This document shows positions 28,235 to 37,253 of a stretch of DNA of 64,000 bases, piece after piece; within the stretch, counting starts at the first letter, position 1, and every line of letters begins with the position of its first letter. Position numbers and translations under genes: made by a program. This DNA comes from a bacterium (GTDB taxonomy: Bacteria > JAHJDO01), in NCBI GenBank assembly GCA_043824255.1, contig JBDRTG010000007.1, positions 13,896-77,895 of the forward strand, written 5' to 3'. The notes below the pieces were generated by a model. It ran no database searches. It was given only the letters and a program-made list of their open reading frames with translations, and was not told the DNA's origin.

Positions 28235-28955
28235 CGCAAAAACTGCTCTGATCATTGGTGGAAGCCGTGGTATAGGACGGGCCATAGCCCTGCGTCTTGC
28301 CAGGTCAGGATTTAATATATGGTTGACCTATAAAAGCAACCATGCTGCTGCTAAGAGGGTAAAAGCAGAGGTAGAGGAAATAGGAATGGCATGTGATACG
28401 CTCTCTTTTGACGTTTCCAACTATAATGAGACCGAAGCTGCTCTGGAGAAAAGGCTGGACGCTCACACTCCCTACATAGTTGTATATAACACAGGCATTA
28501 CCAGAGACAATCTTTTAGTATGGATGACTAAGGAAGAATGGGATACTGTTCTCTCTACAAACCTTGATGGGTTTTACAATGTAATGCACTTTGTTTTATT
28601 CCCAATGCTGCGGGAAAAACGGGGGCGCATTGTTGTTGTATCCTCAGCTTCCGGACAAGTTGGCCGTGCAGGACAGGTAAACTATTCTGCTTCAAAAGCA
28701 GGATTAATCGGCGCTGCTAAGGCGTTAGCGCTGGAGGTTGGCAAGAAGAATATTCTTGTTAATGTTGTTGCTCCGGGTGTGATTGAAACAGATATGATTG
28801 AAAATCTTCCTAAAGATAAGATACTTCCGCTTATTCCATTACAGAGGTTTGGTAATCCGGATGACGTTGCATCGGTAGTGAACTTTTTATGCACAGAAAA
28901 GCATATGTATATTCATGGTCAGGTCATTGGTATTAACGGTGGCCTGGCTCTCTAA
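28215..28955 (+). CDS. fabG: 3-oxoacyl-ACP reductase (FabG-like ketoreductase of the cluster)
   Basis: GGSRGIG, GITRD, NYSASK, NVVAPGVIETDM. Confidence 0.9.
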   Translation: MTKKNSNAKTALIIGGSRGIGRAIALRLARSGFNIWLTYKSNHAAAKRVKAEVEEIGMACDTLSFDVSNYNETEAALEKRLDAHTPYIVVYNTGITRDNLLVWMTKEEWDTVLSTNLDGFYNVMHFVLFPMLREKRGRIVVVSSASGQVGRAGQVNYSASKAGLIGAAKALALEVGKKNILVNVVAPGVIETDMIENLPKDKILPLIPLQRFGNPDDVASVVNFLCTEKHMYIHGQVIGINGGLAL

Positions 28956-28967
28956 GGTTGTCTCTAT

Positions 28968-30470
28968 ATGAAAAAATATGACGACATAATTGTGGGAAGC
29001 GGTGTCAGCGGCCTAACACTTGCGCTTTTACTTGGCATGAACGGGCATAAAGTGCTGCTTGTTGAAAAAAACGCGCATATCGGAGGATCATTGAGGCGGT
29101 TTTATTCTCAAGGCATCCCTTTTGATACCGGATTTCACTTTACAGGCGGATTCTATAAAGACGGGATTCTTCAGGATATGCTGATGGTTCTTGGTATTAA
29201 AGATGATATCCAGCCCATTTATCTATCAGAGGAGAAAAATAACCAGTTTGTAATTGGCTCGGAAAAGACAACATATAATCTGCCAACTGGTTATCAGAGA
29301 ACAATAGAAAAGATAAAGGAATACTTTCCCAGCGAAGAACATGCCATAGACAAATATTTTACTATGGTCAAAAATGTTTGTAATCAGACTGCTGCCATGG
29401 AGTTGCGTAAAATTTCTGTGCCAACAACTCTTTTGGATGAGAATTTTCTAAGTCTTAATGATGTTCTAAACAAATTGACTGACAATCCTAAGTTGAAAGC
29501 GCTACTGGCTGGGTACAGCATGTGTTACGGGGTCAAACCTCAAGAGATTTCATTTGCCAATCACAGCAGAATCTGTTACAGCCTGTATGAATCCGTTGCC
29601 AGAGTAAAGGACGGCGGTGATGCATTTATCAGCGCATTTCAGAAACATTTTAAGGAGTTTAATATTGAAATTATGTGCAATAGGTATATTACAGAATGCG
29701 TCGATATTCAGAATAATTGCGTGGGACGCTTTGTGCTGAATAGCGGAGAAGAAATATCTTGTGACCAGTGCATCTTTACAATACATCCCACGGAGGTATT
29801 AAAAACTTTGCCTAAGAACCATTTGAGCAAGGCTTTTGTTGATAGGGTCTCAGCATTTGAATCGTCAGCAGGCTTCTTTTCAGTGTATGGTGTTGTGGAA
29901 TCTCCTAGCTTAGCAGATGACTTTACCCCAACAATCACCTCTCTATTTCCAACAGCGGATATAAACCAGTTGCTTGATCCGGGAAATAGCGCGATGCCGG
30001 CTATGGTAATTATGCAGAATGAGGAAGAAGTAAAGGGGAAATCCTATCATGTATTGAGCGCGCTTGAAGTATCTTTCCCTGAGCATGTAGAAGCATGGAA
30101 GCTTTCAAAGCATGGGAATCGCCCTTCTGACTACCGGAAATATAAACAACAACATGTTAGCAGTATCAAAGAGCGTATTATTGAAAAATTCCCGGAGTAT
30201 AAGGATTCTTTTAAAGTAATAGATTCTGCATCTATCCTGACATTCAGAGATTATTTGAATTCTCCCGATGGCGCAGCGTATGGTGTGAAACAGAAAATCG
30301 GACAGTTTAATCTTTTTGGAAAGCTTCCTCTTCGCAATATATATGCTGCCGGCCAGAGCTCTATGCTGCCGGGAGTGGTAGGGGCAATGATGTCTTCATT
30401 TATTGTTGGAAGAACTATTGTTGGAAAAGGAAAATATAATCATTTTATTGAGCAGAGATTATGCAGTTAA
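28968..30470 (+). CDS. Phytoene desaturase-like FAD oxidoreductase
   Basis: GSGVSG dinucleotide fold, FDTGFHF, GAAYG, NIYAAGQS..PGVVGA. Confidence 0.85.
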   Translation: MKKYDDIIVGSGVSGLTLALLLGMNGHKVLLVEKNAHIGGSLRRFYSQGIPFDTGFHFTGGFYKDGILQDMLMVLGIKDDIQPIYLSEEKNNQFVIGSEKTTYNLPTGYQRTIEKIKEYFPSEEHAIDKYFTMVKNVCNQTAAMELRKISVPTTLLDENFLSLNDVLNKLTDNPKLKALLAGYSMCYGVKPQEISFANHSRICYSLYESVARVKDGGDAFISAFQKHFKEFNIEIMCNRYITECVDIQNNCVGRFVLNSGEEISCDQCIFTIHPTEVLKTLPKNHLSKAFVDRVSAFESSAGFFSVYGVVESPSLADDFTPTITSLFPTADINQLLDPGNSAMPAMVIMQNEEEVKGKSYHVLSALEVSFPEHVEAWKLSKHGNRPSDYRKYKQQHVSSIKERIIEKFPEYKDSFKVIDSASILTFRDYLNSPDGAAYGVKQKIGQFNLFGKLPLRNIYAAGQSSMLPGVVGAMMSSFIVGRTIVGKGKYNHFIEQRLCS

Positions 30471-31696
30471 AACGGGTAGTAATAACTGGTGTTGGAGCTG
30501 TTTCTCCTTTAGGCAATGACGTTCCTGCTCTTACTGCGGGAATTGAACAAAGGAAAAGCGCTGTTCGTTATATGGAGGATTGGAACCAGTACATTGGCCT
30601 GCGCAGTTTAGTTGCAGCACCTGCGGAAGTTAAAAATGAAAAATTGATACCGCGTCAGAACAGACGATCAATGGGAAGAATGAGTATTTTTGCGGCTCAG
30701 GCAGCTCAGCAAGCTCTGTCAGACGCTAATATAGACCGTGAAGCATTATCTACAGGAAGGATTGGATGTATTATTGGGTCAACTACAGGAAGCGCTCAAA
30801 GCCTCACCGAGACCTTTGAAATTATGATTCCAGCAAAGGATCTAACTCAGCTCAATTCAACAAAATTCTTTCAGTGCATTTCCCATACAGCAGCGATGAA
30901 TGTATCTCAGTATCTGGGAATAACCGGTTGCGTTATGGCAACCTCTGCCGCGTGCGCATCTGCATTACAAGCTATTGGAGCAGGCTGTGATCTGATCAGG
31001 TTAGGCAAACAAGATGCGCTATTATGCGGCGGTGCGGAAGAAATTCATCCAACTGTTACTGGATCTTTTGATATTCTTTTTGCAACATCAACAAATTATA
31101 ATCAATCTCCTCATAAAACCCCGCGGCCTTTTGACGTAAAACGGGACGGTTTGGTATGTGGAGAAGGAAGCGGGATACTTGTTCTGGAGGAGTATGAAAG
31201 GGCTGTAGCAAGAAAGGCGAAAATATACGCTGAAGTTATCGGATATCATACATGCGGAAATGGCGCTCATATCAGCCAGTCCAGCAGAGTTGGTATGGTT
31301 TCATGCATCAGTAGTGCCTTAAGCAATGCGCATATTGAACCAAAAGATGTTGATTATATAAATGCTCATGCAACAGCAACGGTGCAGGGCGACAAGGAAG
31401 AAGCTCAGGCAATAAAGGAGATATTTGGTGATTGTGTTCCAGTAAGCAGTTTGAAGGGATATATCGGACATACGCTCGGCGCATCAGGGGCATTGGAACT
31501 GATTGCTTCTTTGGCAATGATGGAAAAAGGGTGCATATATCCTACTCTAAATCTTGAGACAGTAAGTCCGGATTGCGAGGGCATTTATCATGTAATGAAG
31601 CCCTTAAGCAGAGAAATCAAAATTATGGTGAAAAATTGTTTTGCGTTCGGCGGAATCAACGCAGCGCTGGTGTGCAAAAGAATGACTAATTTATAG
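30461..31696 (+). CDS. Beta-ketoacyl-ACP synthase (KS1, Cys-His-His intact)
   Basis: TSAACAS, NAHATAT, GHTLGA, FAFGG. Confidence 0.93.
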   Translation: MQLKRVVITGVGAVSPLGNDVPALTAGIEQRKSAVRYMEDWNQYIGLRSLVAAPAEVKNEKLIPRQNRRSMGRMSIFAAQAAQQALSDANIDREALSTGRIGCIIGSTTGSAQSLTETFEIMIPAKDLTQLNSTKFFQCISHTAAMNVSQYLGITGCVMATSAACASALQAIGAGCDLIRLGKQDALLCGGAEEIHPTVTGSFDILFATSTNYNQSPHKTPRPFDVKRDGLVCGEGSGILVLEEYERAVARKAKIYAEVIGYHTCGNGAHISQSSRVGMVSCISSALSNAHIEPKDVDYINAHATATVQGDKEEAQAIKEIFGDCVPVSSLKGYIGHTLGASGALELIASLAMMEKGCIYPTLNLETVSPDCEGIYHVMKPLSREIKIMVKNCFAFGGINAALVCKRMTNL

Positions 31697-31728
31697 ATAT
31701 TTTGCCTTCGCAATGATATAATTTGAAT

Positions 31729-31815
31729 ATGAGTAAAACGTTTGAAAGAATCAAAGAATTAGTGCCGAAATATGAGATTAAAGTTTCTGATCATGGCTAT
31801 GACGAGAAGGAGTAA
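31729..31815 (+). pseudogene. Truncated N-terminus resembling DUF4258 proteins
   Basis: MSKTFERIKELVPKYEIKVSDHGYDEKE*, preceded by TGnTATAAT 6 nt upstream; family resemblance from memory. Confidence 0.45.
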
Positions 31816-31820
31816 TATCT

Positions 31821-32021
31821 ATGTTGAAGTATAAATTAAATAAAAAAGTCATTAAAATATCATCTTTGGATGAAAATGACGAAAAGGAATATTGGAGTTC
31901 AAAAACAACGACAGACAGATTAAAGGCAGTGGAATTAAATAGGAGGATAGTATATGGATATGCCAATACTTCCCCAAGATTTCAGAGATTTTTTGAAATT
32001 GCTCAACTCAAAAAAAATTGA
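31821..32021 (+). CDS. Small partner protein of the downstream nucleotidyltransferase
   Basis: 66 aa, YW...DRLKAVELNRRIVYG...PRFQRFFEI; AAGGAG SD; overlaps the NTase gene. Confidence 0.6.
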   Translation: MLKYKLNKKVIKISSLDENDEKEYWSSKTTTDRLKAVELNRRIVYGYANTSPRFQRFFEIAQLKKN

Positions 32022-32403
32022 GTATTTGCTGATAGGTGGTTATGCAGTCGGTTATTATGGGTATCCGCGGGCAACGGCAGATATGGATATATGGATTGCT
32101 ATTGCTAAAGAGAATGCTAAGAAGATAACAGAAGCAATAAAGGAATTCGGCTTAAATGCTCCAGATTTATGCGAGGCTATTTTTCTTAAGCCTGGGAAAA
32201 TCATCAGGATGGGATATCCTCCAATAAGAATAGAAGTGTTTACGGAAATATCGGGCGTAAATTTTGAGGAATGTTTTTCCAGACGTACTGAAACCAAAAT
32301 TGATGGAATAAAAGTTAACCTCATATCGTATGAGGACCTTTTGAAAAATAAAAAAGCAAGTGGCAGATACAAAGATTTAAATGATTTAGAAAATTTAAAA
32401 TAG
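31954..32403 (+). CDS. Minimal Pol-beta-superfamily nucleotidyltransferase (TA-like pair)
   Basis: YLLIGGYAV...PRATADMDIW; C-terminal KKASGRYKDLNDL. Confidence 0.8.
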   Translation: MDMPILPQDFRDFLKLLNSKKIEYLLIGGYAVGYYGYPRATADMDIWIAIAKENAKKITEAIKEFGLNAPDLCEAIFLKPGKIIRMGYPPIRIEVFTEISGVNFEECFSRRTETKIDGIKVNLISYEDLLKNKKASGRYKDLNDLENLK

Positions 32404-32415
32404 GAGGAATTTGGA

Positions 32416-32682
32416 ATGGATAAGCAGGAAATTATAGATAAAATAAATCAGGTATTTGAGGAATCCTTTGAGATCAAGAAAGAAAAACTCTTACCGCAAG
32501 CGAATATTTTTGAAGATCTGGGCCTGGACAGTTTAGATGTTGTGGACCTGGTTGTTGCCTTACAGCAGAAGTTTGGCATTAAAATACGCGATGACCAACG
32601 CCTCAGAAACATCCGAACACTTGAGGATATTTACAAATTTGTTCTCACTTTAAAAGATGAAGAAAAAAAAGCAGTTAATTAA
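32416..32682 (+). CDS. Acyl carrier protein (ACP1)
   Basis: DLGLDSLDVVDL. Confidence 0.93.
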   Translation: MDKQEIIDKINQVFEESFEIKKEKLLPQANIFEDLGLDSLDVVDLVVALQQKFGIKIRDDQRLRNIRTLEDIYKFVLTLKDEEKKAVN

Positions 32683-32687
32683 TTGGA

Positions 32688-33440
32688 ATGAAGACCTTAA
32701 AGCTGATATATTTTAACATAGTGTTTTATACACTGTTCTTATCGTTCTCTATATTTAGTATTCCCATTTTAAGTTTATCTGTTATTTTTCTTGGTTTATT
32801 TTCATCTCATCGCAACACTATGAAGCGATTTCGCAGAGCAATCAATTGGTACGGCAATGTTATTATTCGGGTTCTTCCGTTCCCTTTTGTGCGTTTCAGC
32901 TATAAAGATTATGCAAAGAATAAAAGCAGAGGTCCGTATATTTTTGTTTGTAATCACCGCTCCAGCTCAGATCCATTCTTGATTGGATGTCTTCCCTATG
33001 AACTTATTCAAGTTGTGAATACATGGCCATTTCGTCTTCCGGTGCTGGGGATATTTGCAAGATGGGCGGGTTATTTGAATGTCAAGAGAATGCAGTTCAA
33101 GAAATTTTCCTATAAAACAATCGAATTACTCAGACAGGGAGTTTCCATTGTTGCATTTCCTGAAGGAACACGTTCTGTAAACAAAAAAATCGGACAGTTT
33201 CACAGCTCAATCTTTCGCATTGCCTTGCAAGCGCAATGTCCAATTGTACCTATATGCATTTCAGGAAATGAGAATATCCCTCCACGCGGATCGCTTCTCT
33301 TGCATCAGGGAATAATCAGGCTGCACAAATTGCCAGGTCTTGAATGGGAACAATACAAGGATTTAGGGCCGTTTAAGCTTAAAAACAAAGTGCGTGATAT
33401 TATGGCTTCGGAGCTTGCTGCTATGGAGGAGGGGGCATGA
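32688..33440 (+). CDS. PlsC-family (lysophospholipid) acyltransferase
   Basis: NHRSSSD (HX4D), FPEGTRS. Confidence 0.9.
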   Translation: MKTLKLIYFNIVFYTLFLSFSIFSIPILSLSVIFLGLFSSHRNTMKRFRRAINWYGNVIIRVLPFPFVRFSYKDYAKNKSRGPYIFVCNHRSSSDPFLIGCLPYELIQVVNTWPFRLPVLGIFARWAGYLNVKRMQFKKFSYKTIELLRQGVSIVAFPEGTRSVNKKIGQFHSSIFRIALQAQCPIVPICISGNENIPPRGSLLLHQGIIRLHKLPGLEWEQYKDLGPFKLKNKVRDIMASELAAMEEGA

Positions 33441-34744
33441 GAGATTTATATCGTTATCATGATATATCATTTAGTTCCCCGGAAGAAATCAGGGAGATTC
33501 AGGAAAGGCAGTTACAGGAGCACATTGCATACTGTATCAAACATTCTCCTTTTTACAGCAAGTCGCTGAAGAATATCAAAGCTGAATGCAGCAATATAAC
33601 GATTGATCAGCTATCAAAACTTCCCTTTACTGAGAAGTCTGATATTGAGCAAAATAATGACGATTTTTGCGCAGTTACTTCTGATAAGATTGTTGATATT
33701 GTTTTATCTTCAGGAACAACAGGCAAACCGATCAGGATGACGTATACTGATTATGATTTAAAGCGGCTTGCCTATAACGAGGAAAGATCGTTTACAGGAT
33801 GCGGTCTGACTTCTAATGATACGGTGTTATTAACCTGCACAATGGATCGCTGTTTCGTTGCAGGCCTGGCGTATTTTCTTGGGATACGCAGTGTTGGCGC
33901 AGCAGCTATTAGAAACGGGCATAGCAGCCTTGAGAGTCACCTGCAGATCATAAAACAAATGAATCCAACAACTCTTATCGGAGTTCCGAGTTTTCTCAGA
34001 AAACTGGGTTTATACTTAAAGGAAAACGGAATGAATCCTGATAAAACCGCTGTGTCCAAACTGGTTTGTATTGGTGAACCGTTACGTGGAGAAAATCTTG
34101 AATTATTAAAAGTAGGAGATGATCTTCATAGCATATGGCAGGCACAGGCTTTTTCCACATACGCTTCTTCTGAGATTGTAACTACCTTCTGTGAATGTAG
34201 GGCTCAGCAAGGAGGGCATCTTCTTCCTGACCTGGCAGTTGTAGAGATTATTGATAAAAACGGCACAGTTCTTCCTCCTGGCAATATAGGCGAAATCGTT
34301 GTAACGCCAATGGCAGTAGAAGGAATGCCTTTGATACGGTTTAAGACAGGTGATGTAAGTTTCCTGATTGATGAGCAATGCTCTTGTGAGCGGTTTTCTC
34401 CAAGGCTGGGACCGATTCTGGGGAGAAAAAAACAAATGATGAAAATCAAAGGAACGACTCTGTATCCACAGGCAATATATTCTGCCTTAGAAGAGATTGA
34501 GACAATAAATGACTATTATGTAACAGTATCCGGAGAAAGCGAACTTTCAGATATCATAGAAATCAATGTATCAGTTAATGACCCGTCATGCACTGCAGAT
34601 ATGATACAGAATAAACTTCAAGCGTGTCTGAGAGTAAAGCCTGAGGTAGTAATCGCTGATTCGGAAACCATTAAACAGAAGGTATATGATCCAAAGTCGC
34701 GAAAGCCAATTCGCTTTATAGATAGGAGACAAACAAAACAGTGA
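33437..34744 (+). CDS. PaaK-like (phenylacetate-CoA ligase family) adenylating enzyme
   Basis: SSGTTGKP, YASSE, PLIRFKTGD, ILGR. Confidence 0.88.
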   Translation: MRDLYRYHDISFSSPEEIREIQERQLQEHIAYCIKHSPFYSKSLKNIKAECSNITIDQLSKLPFTEKSDIEQNNDDFCAVTSDKIVDIVLSSGTTGKPIRMTYTDYDLKRLAYNEERSFTGCGLTSNDTVLLTCTMDRCFVAGLAYFLGIRSVGAAAIRNGHSSLESHLQIIKQMNPTTLIGVPSFLRKLGLYLKENGMNPDKTAVSKLVCIGEPLRGENLELLKVGDDLHSIWQAQAFSTYASSEIVTTFCECRAQQGGHLLPDLAVVEIIDKNGTVLPPGNIGEIVVTPMAVEGMPLIRFKTGDVSFLIDEQCSCERFSPRLGPILGRKKQMMKIKGTTLYPQAIYSALEEIETINDYYVTVSGESELSDIIEINVSVNDPSCTADMIQNKLQACLRVKPEVVIADSETIKQKVYDPKSRKPIRFIDRRQTKQ

Positions 34745-36210
34745 GTTGTCACACCCCAATACCAAATTTCGAATTTGCACGAGAGGAAATAGAAGATGCA
34801 GTACGCAATAGCAGGCTTCTATCTGTGGAAATTGAACCCAGTCTGCGTTGTAATTTCCACTGTCCATATTGTTATATACCGGAGAATTCTTCTCTTGAAA
34901 ACGAGTTGACCGTAGAGGAAATCTGCGATGTTATTTTACAGGCGCAGGATCTTGGAGCAAAAAAAATTATTATTCTCGGCGGAGAGCCGATGATATATCC
35001 GCATATTATGGAAATAATTAAGTTTATCAGAACGCATCATCTTAACGTGGAGATATTTACCAATGGTTCTAATATTACTGCTGATATAGCGAAACAGCTT
35101 TTTGACTATGGAGTAAATGTGGTTCTAAAGATGAACACGTTTAATGAGCATAATCAGGATATGCTTGCCGGGAAAAAAGGAGCGTTCAAGATCATTCAGG
35201 AAGCATTTCACAATCTAAAGCAAGCAAGACGTCCTTCCGGAGAAACATTTCTGGCAGTCAGTACCGTCATATGCTCTCAGAATATTGATGAGTTGGTAGA
35301 TATGTGGCAAAAGCTGAGGGATCAGAATATTATCCCGTATTTTGAGATGATTACTCCGCAGGGAAATATTAGACAAAACGGATGGTTAAATATTGAACCT
35401 CAAAAGATACATGATATTTTTTGTAAAATTGCCGAAATTGACCGTACTCACTATGGATACTTCTGGGAGCCTCAGCCTCCTCTGATAGGGAATAGATGTC
35501 TGCGGCACCAGTTTTCATGTCTTGTTACTTCTCAAGGATATGTTACGCCGTGTGTTGGGGTAACTATACCGGTTGGAAGCATACGAAAGCAAAAGCTTCG
35601 AGATATTATAAAAGATAGTGAGGTTATTCAGGATCTTAGAAATTATCATGATACAATGAAGGCTCCTTGCCGTGAATGCGAAAAATCAAACGAATGTTAC
35701 GGATGCCGCGGAGCAGCATACCAGCTGACAGGCGATTATCTGGCTTCTGACCCTATGTGCTGGAAGAATGTTGATAAACAGGATAAAATTGCCTGTTTAC
35801 CGATTGCAGTTGAAGAACTAATTCCGCAGAAATCGCCAATGCGAGTCATTGATACACTGATGAAAGTTGCTGAGCGCACAGCAGATGTAACCGTAACATT
35901 ATCACAGGATATGCTATTTATTGACGAAAGCGGTTTGCTTGATGAGGCTGCGTATCTTGAAATGATCGCGCAGGCAATAGCAGCGCTGAGCGGATTTAAA
36001 CATATGGGTGCGTCTAAACCGGCGCCGGGAGGATTCCTGCTTGGAGCGAAAAAACTTGAGATATTAGGCAAAGCGCATGTTGGAGACACATTAAATATAT
36101 CATTCTATAAATATGCAAGGTACGGCGGTTTTGGCATTGTTAAAGGAACCGTATCACAGGACAACCATGTGCTCGCCAGAGGAGAGGTAAAGATCTGGCA
36201 TGAGACATGA
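34741..36210 (+). CDS. Radical SAM/SPASM protein fused to a C-terminal hotdog (ApeP/FabZ-like) domain
   Basis: CNFHCPYC, GGEP, SPASM cysteines (PCRECEKSNECYGCR...DPMC); then LIPQKSPMRVID...LEMIAQAIAA...GFLLG. Confidence 0.85.
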   Translation: MSCHTPIPNFEFAREEIEDAVRNSRLLSVEIEPSLRCNFHCPYCYIPENSSLENELTVEEICDVILQAQDLGAKKIIILGGEPMIYPHIMEIIKFIRTHHLNVEIFTNGSNITADIAKQLFDYGVNVVLKMNTFNEHNQDMLAGKKGAFKIIQEAFHNLKQARRPSGETFLAVSTVICSQNIDELVDMWQKLRDQNIIPYFEMITPQGNIRQNGWLNIEPQKIHDIFCKIAEIDRTHYGYFWEPQPPLIGNRCLRHQFSCLVTSQGYVTPCVGVTIPVGSIRKQKLRDIIKDSEVIQDLRNYHDTMKAPCRECEKSNECYGCRGAAYQLTGDYLASDPMCWKNVDKQDKIACLPIAVEELIPQKSPMRVIDTLMKVAERTADVTVTLSQDMLFIDESGLLDEAAYLEMIAQAIAALSGFKHMGASKPAPGGFLLGAKKLEILGKAHVGDTLNISFYKYARYGGFGIVKGTVSQDNHVLARGEVKIWHET

Positions 36211-36518
36211 ATAAAATGGTTTTTCTTTACATTACCAATGAATCAGCCAAAGAGGCAAAAAAAATTGCCAGGCATTTGCTTGAAAAACGTATGATTGGCT
36301 GTGCGAATATTTTCCCAGTCAGTGCTATGTATTGGTGGAAAGGCAAAATTGCCGATGAAACGGAGGTTGTGCTTATTGCTAAAACAACGAAGGAGAATTA
36401 TCAAAAAGTTCGGGATGAAATTGCCAGAATCCATCCTTTTGACACTCCTTGCATAATCAAGCTGGACGCTGATCCCAATGAAAAATATTTGCAATGGATC
36501 AAAAGTGAACTCAAATAG
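36207..36518 (+). CDS. cutA: Divalent-cation tolerance protein CutA
   Basis: GCANI...YWWKGKI...E...KT...HPFDTPCII. Confidence 0.9.
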   Translation: MNKMVFLYITNESAKEAKKIARHLLEKRMIGCANIFPVSAMYWWKGKIADETEVVLIAKTTKENYQKVRDEIARIHPFDTPCIIKLDADPNEKYLQWIKSELK

Positions 36519-36602
36519 ACGGTAAGCCAACTTGCTTCACTCAGTTACATCGGATCATCTGCACATTAGACATTATCCACGAAAATTGCTAGAATTCCTT
36601 TC

Positions 36603-37253
36603 ATGACGAATATGAATAAAATCACGATAATACTAATCGCATTATGTATGTCTCTGTTCTCGCTTAATGGCTACACTGAGCAGAGTGTAGAGGATGTGCT
36701 CAGCAGGCTTGAGGTGAAGATGTCGGAGATAAGAACTTTGAAAACTGATTTTGTTCAGGAGAAAAAGCTGGCGATCTTTGATAGGAAGATTATTTTGAAG
36801 GGCAAAATATTTCTTAAAAAGCCGGATCTTTTTGCATGGCATACCGAAGAGCCGACACGGTATTCCATGATTATAAGGGATGATATTATTTCCCAGTGGG
36901 ATGAAGATATAGACCAAGTTCAGAAGGTAAGCATGAAGGATAATCCTGCGTTTCAAACCGTCATCGGGCAGATGAGAAAGTGGCTTTCAGGCATATATAT
37001 GCCATTGTTGGAAGAATACAATATAACAGTACTCGGGCAAAATCCGGTTTCCCTTAAATTCACGCCGCGCGAAAATACAATGGCTTATAATATTATCAAC
37101 TATGTAAGGATTGTATTCAGAGAGGATGAACGCTATATCCACGAGATATACATAAATGAGAAAACAGGCGATTCTACGCTTCTCAGGTTTAATGATACCA
37201 TGCTGAATAGTCCGATCAATGATGCGGCATGGGAGGTCAAACCGCGTGGCTGA
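36603..37253 (+). CDS. LolA-like outer-membrane lipoprotein carrier
   Basis: Signal peptide, DFVQEK...GKIFLKKP..FAW; adjacent to MMPL as in aryl-polyene clusters. Confidence 0.85.
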   Translation: MTNMNKITIILIALCMSLFSLNGYTEQSVEDVLSRLEVKMSEIRTLKTDFVQEKKLAIFDRKIILKGKIFLKKPDLFAWHTEEPTRYSMIIRDDIISQWDEDIDQVQKVSMKDNPAFQTVIGQMRKWLSGIYMPLLEEYNITVLGQNPVSLKFTPRENTMAYNIINYVRIVFREDERYIHEIYINEKTGDSTLLRFNDTMLNSPINDAAWEVKPRG

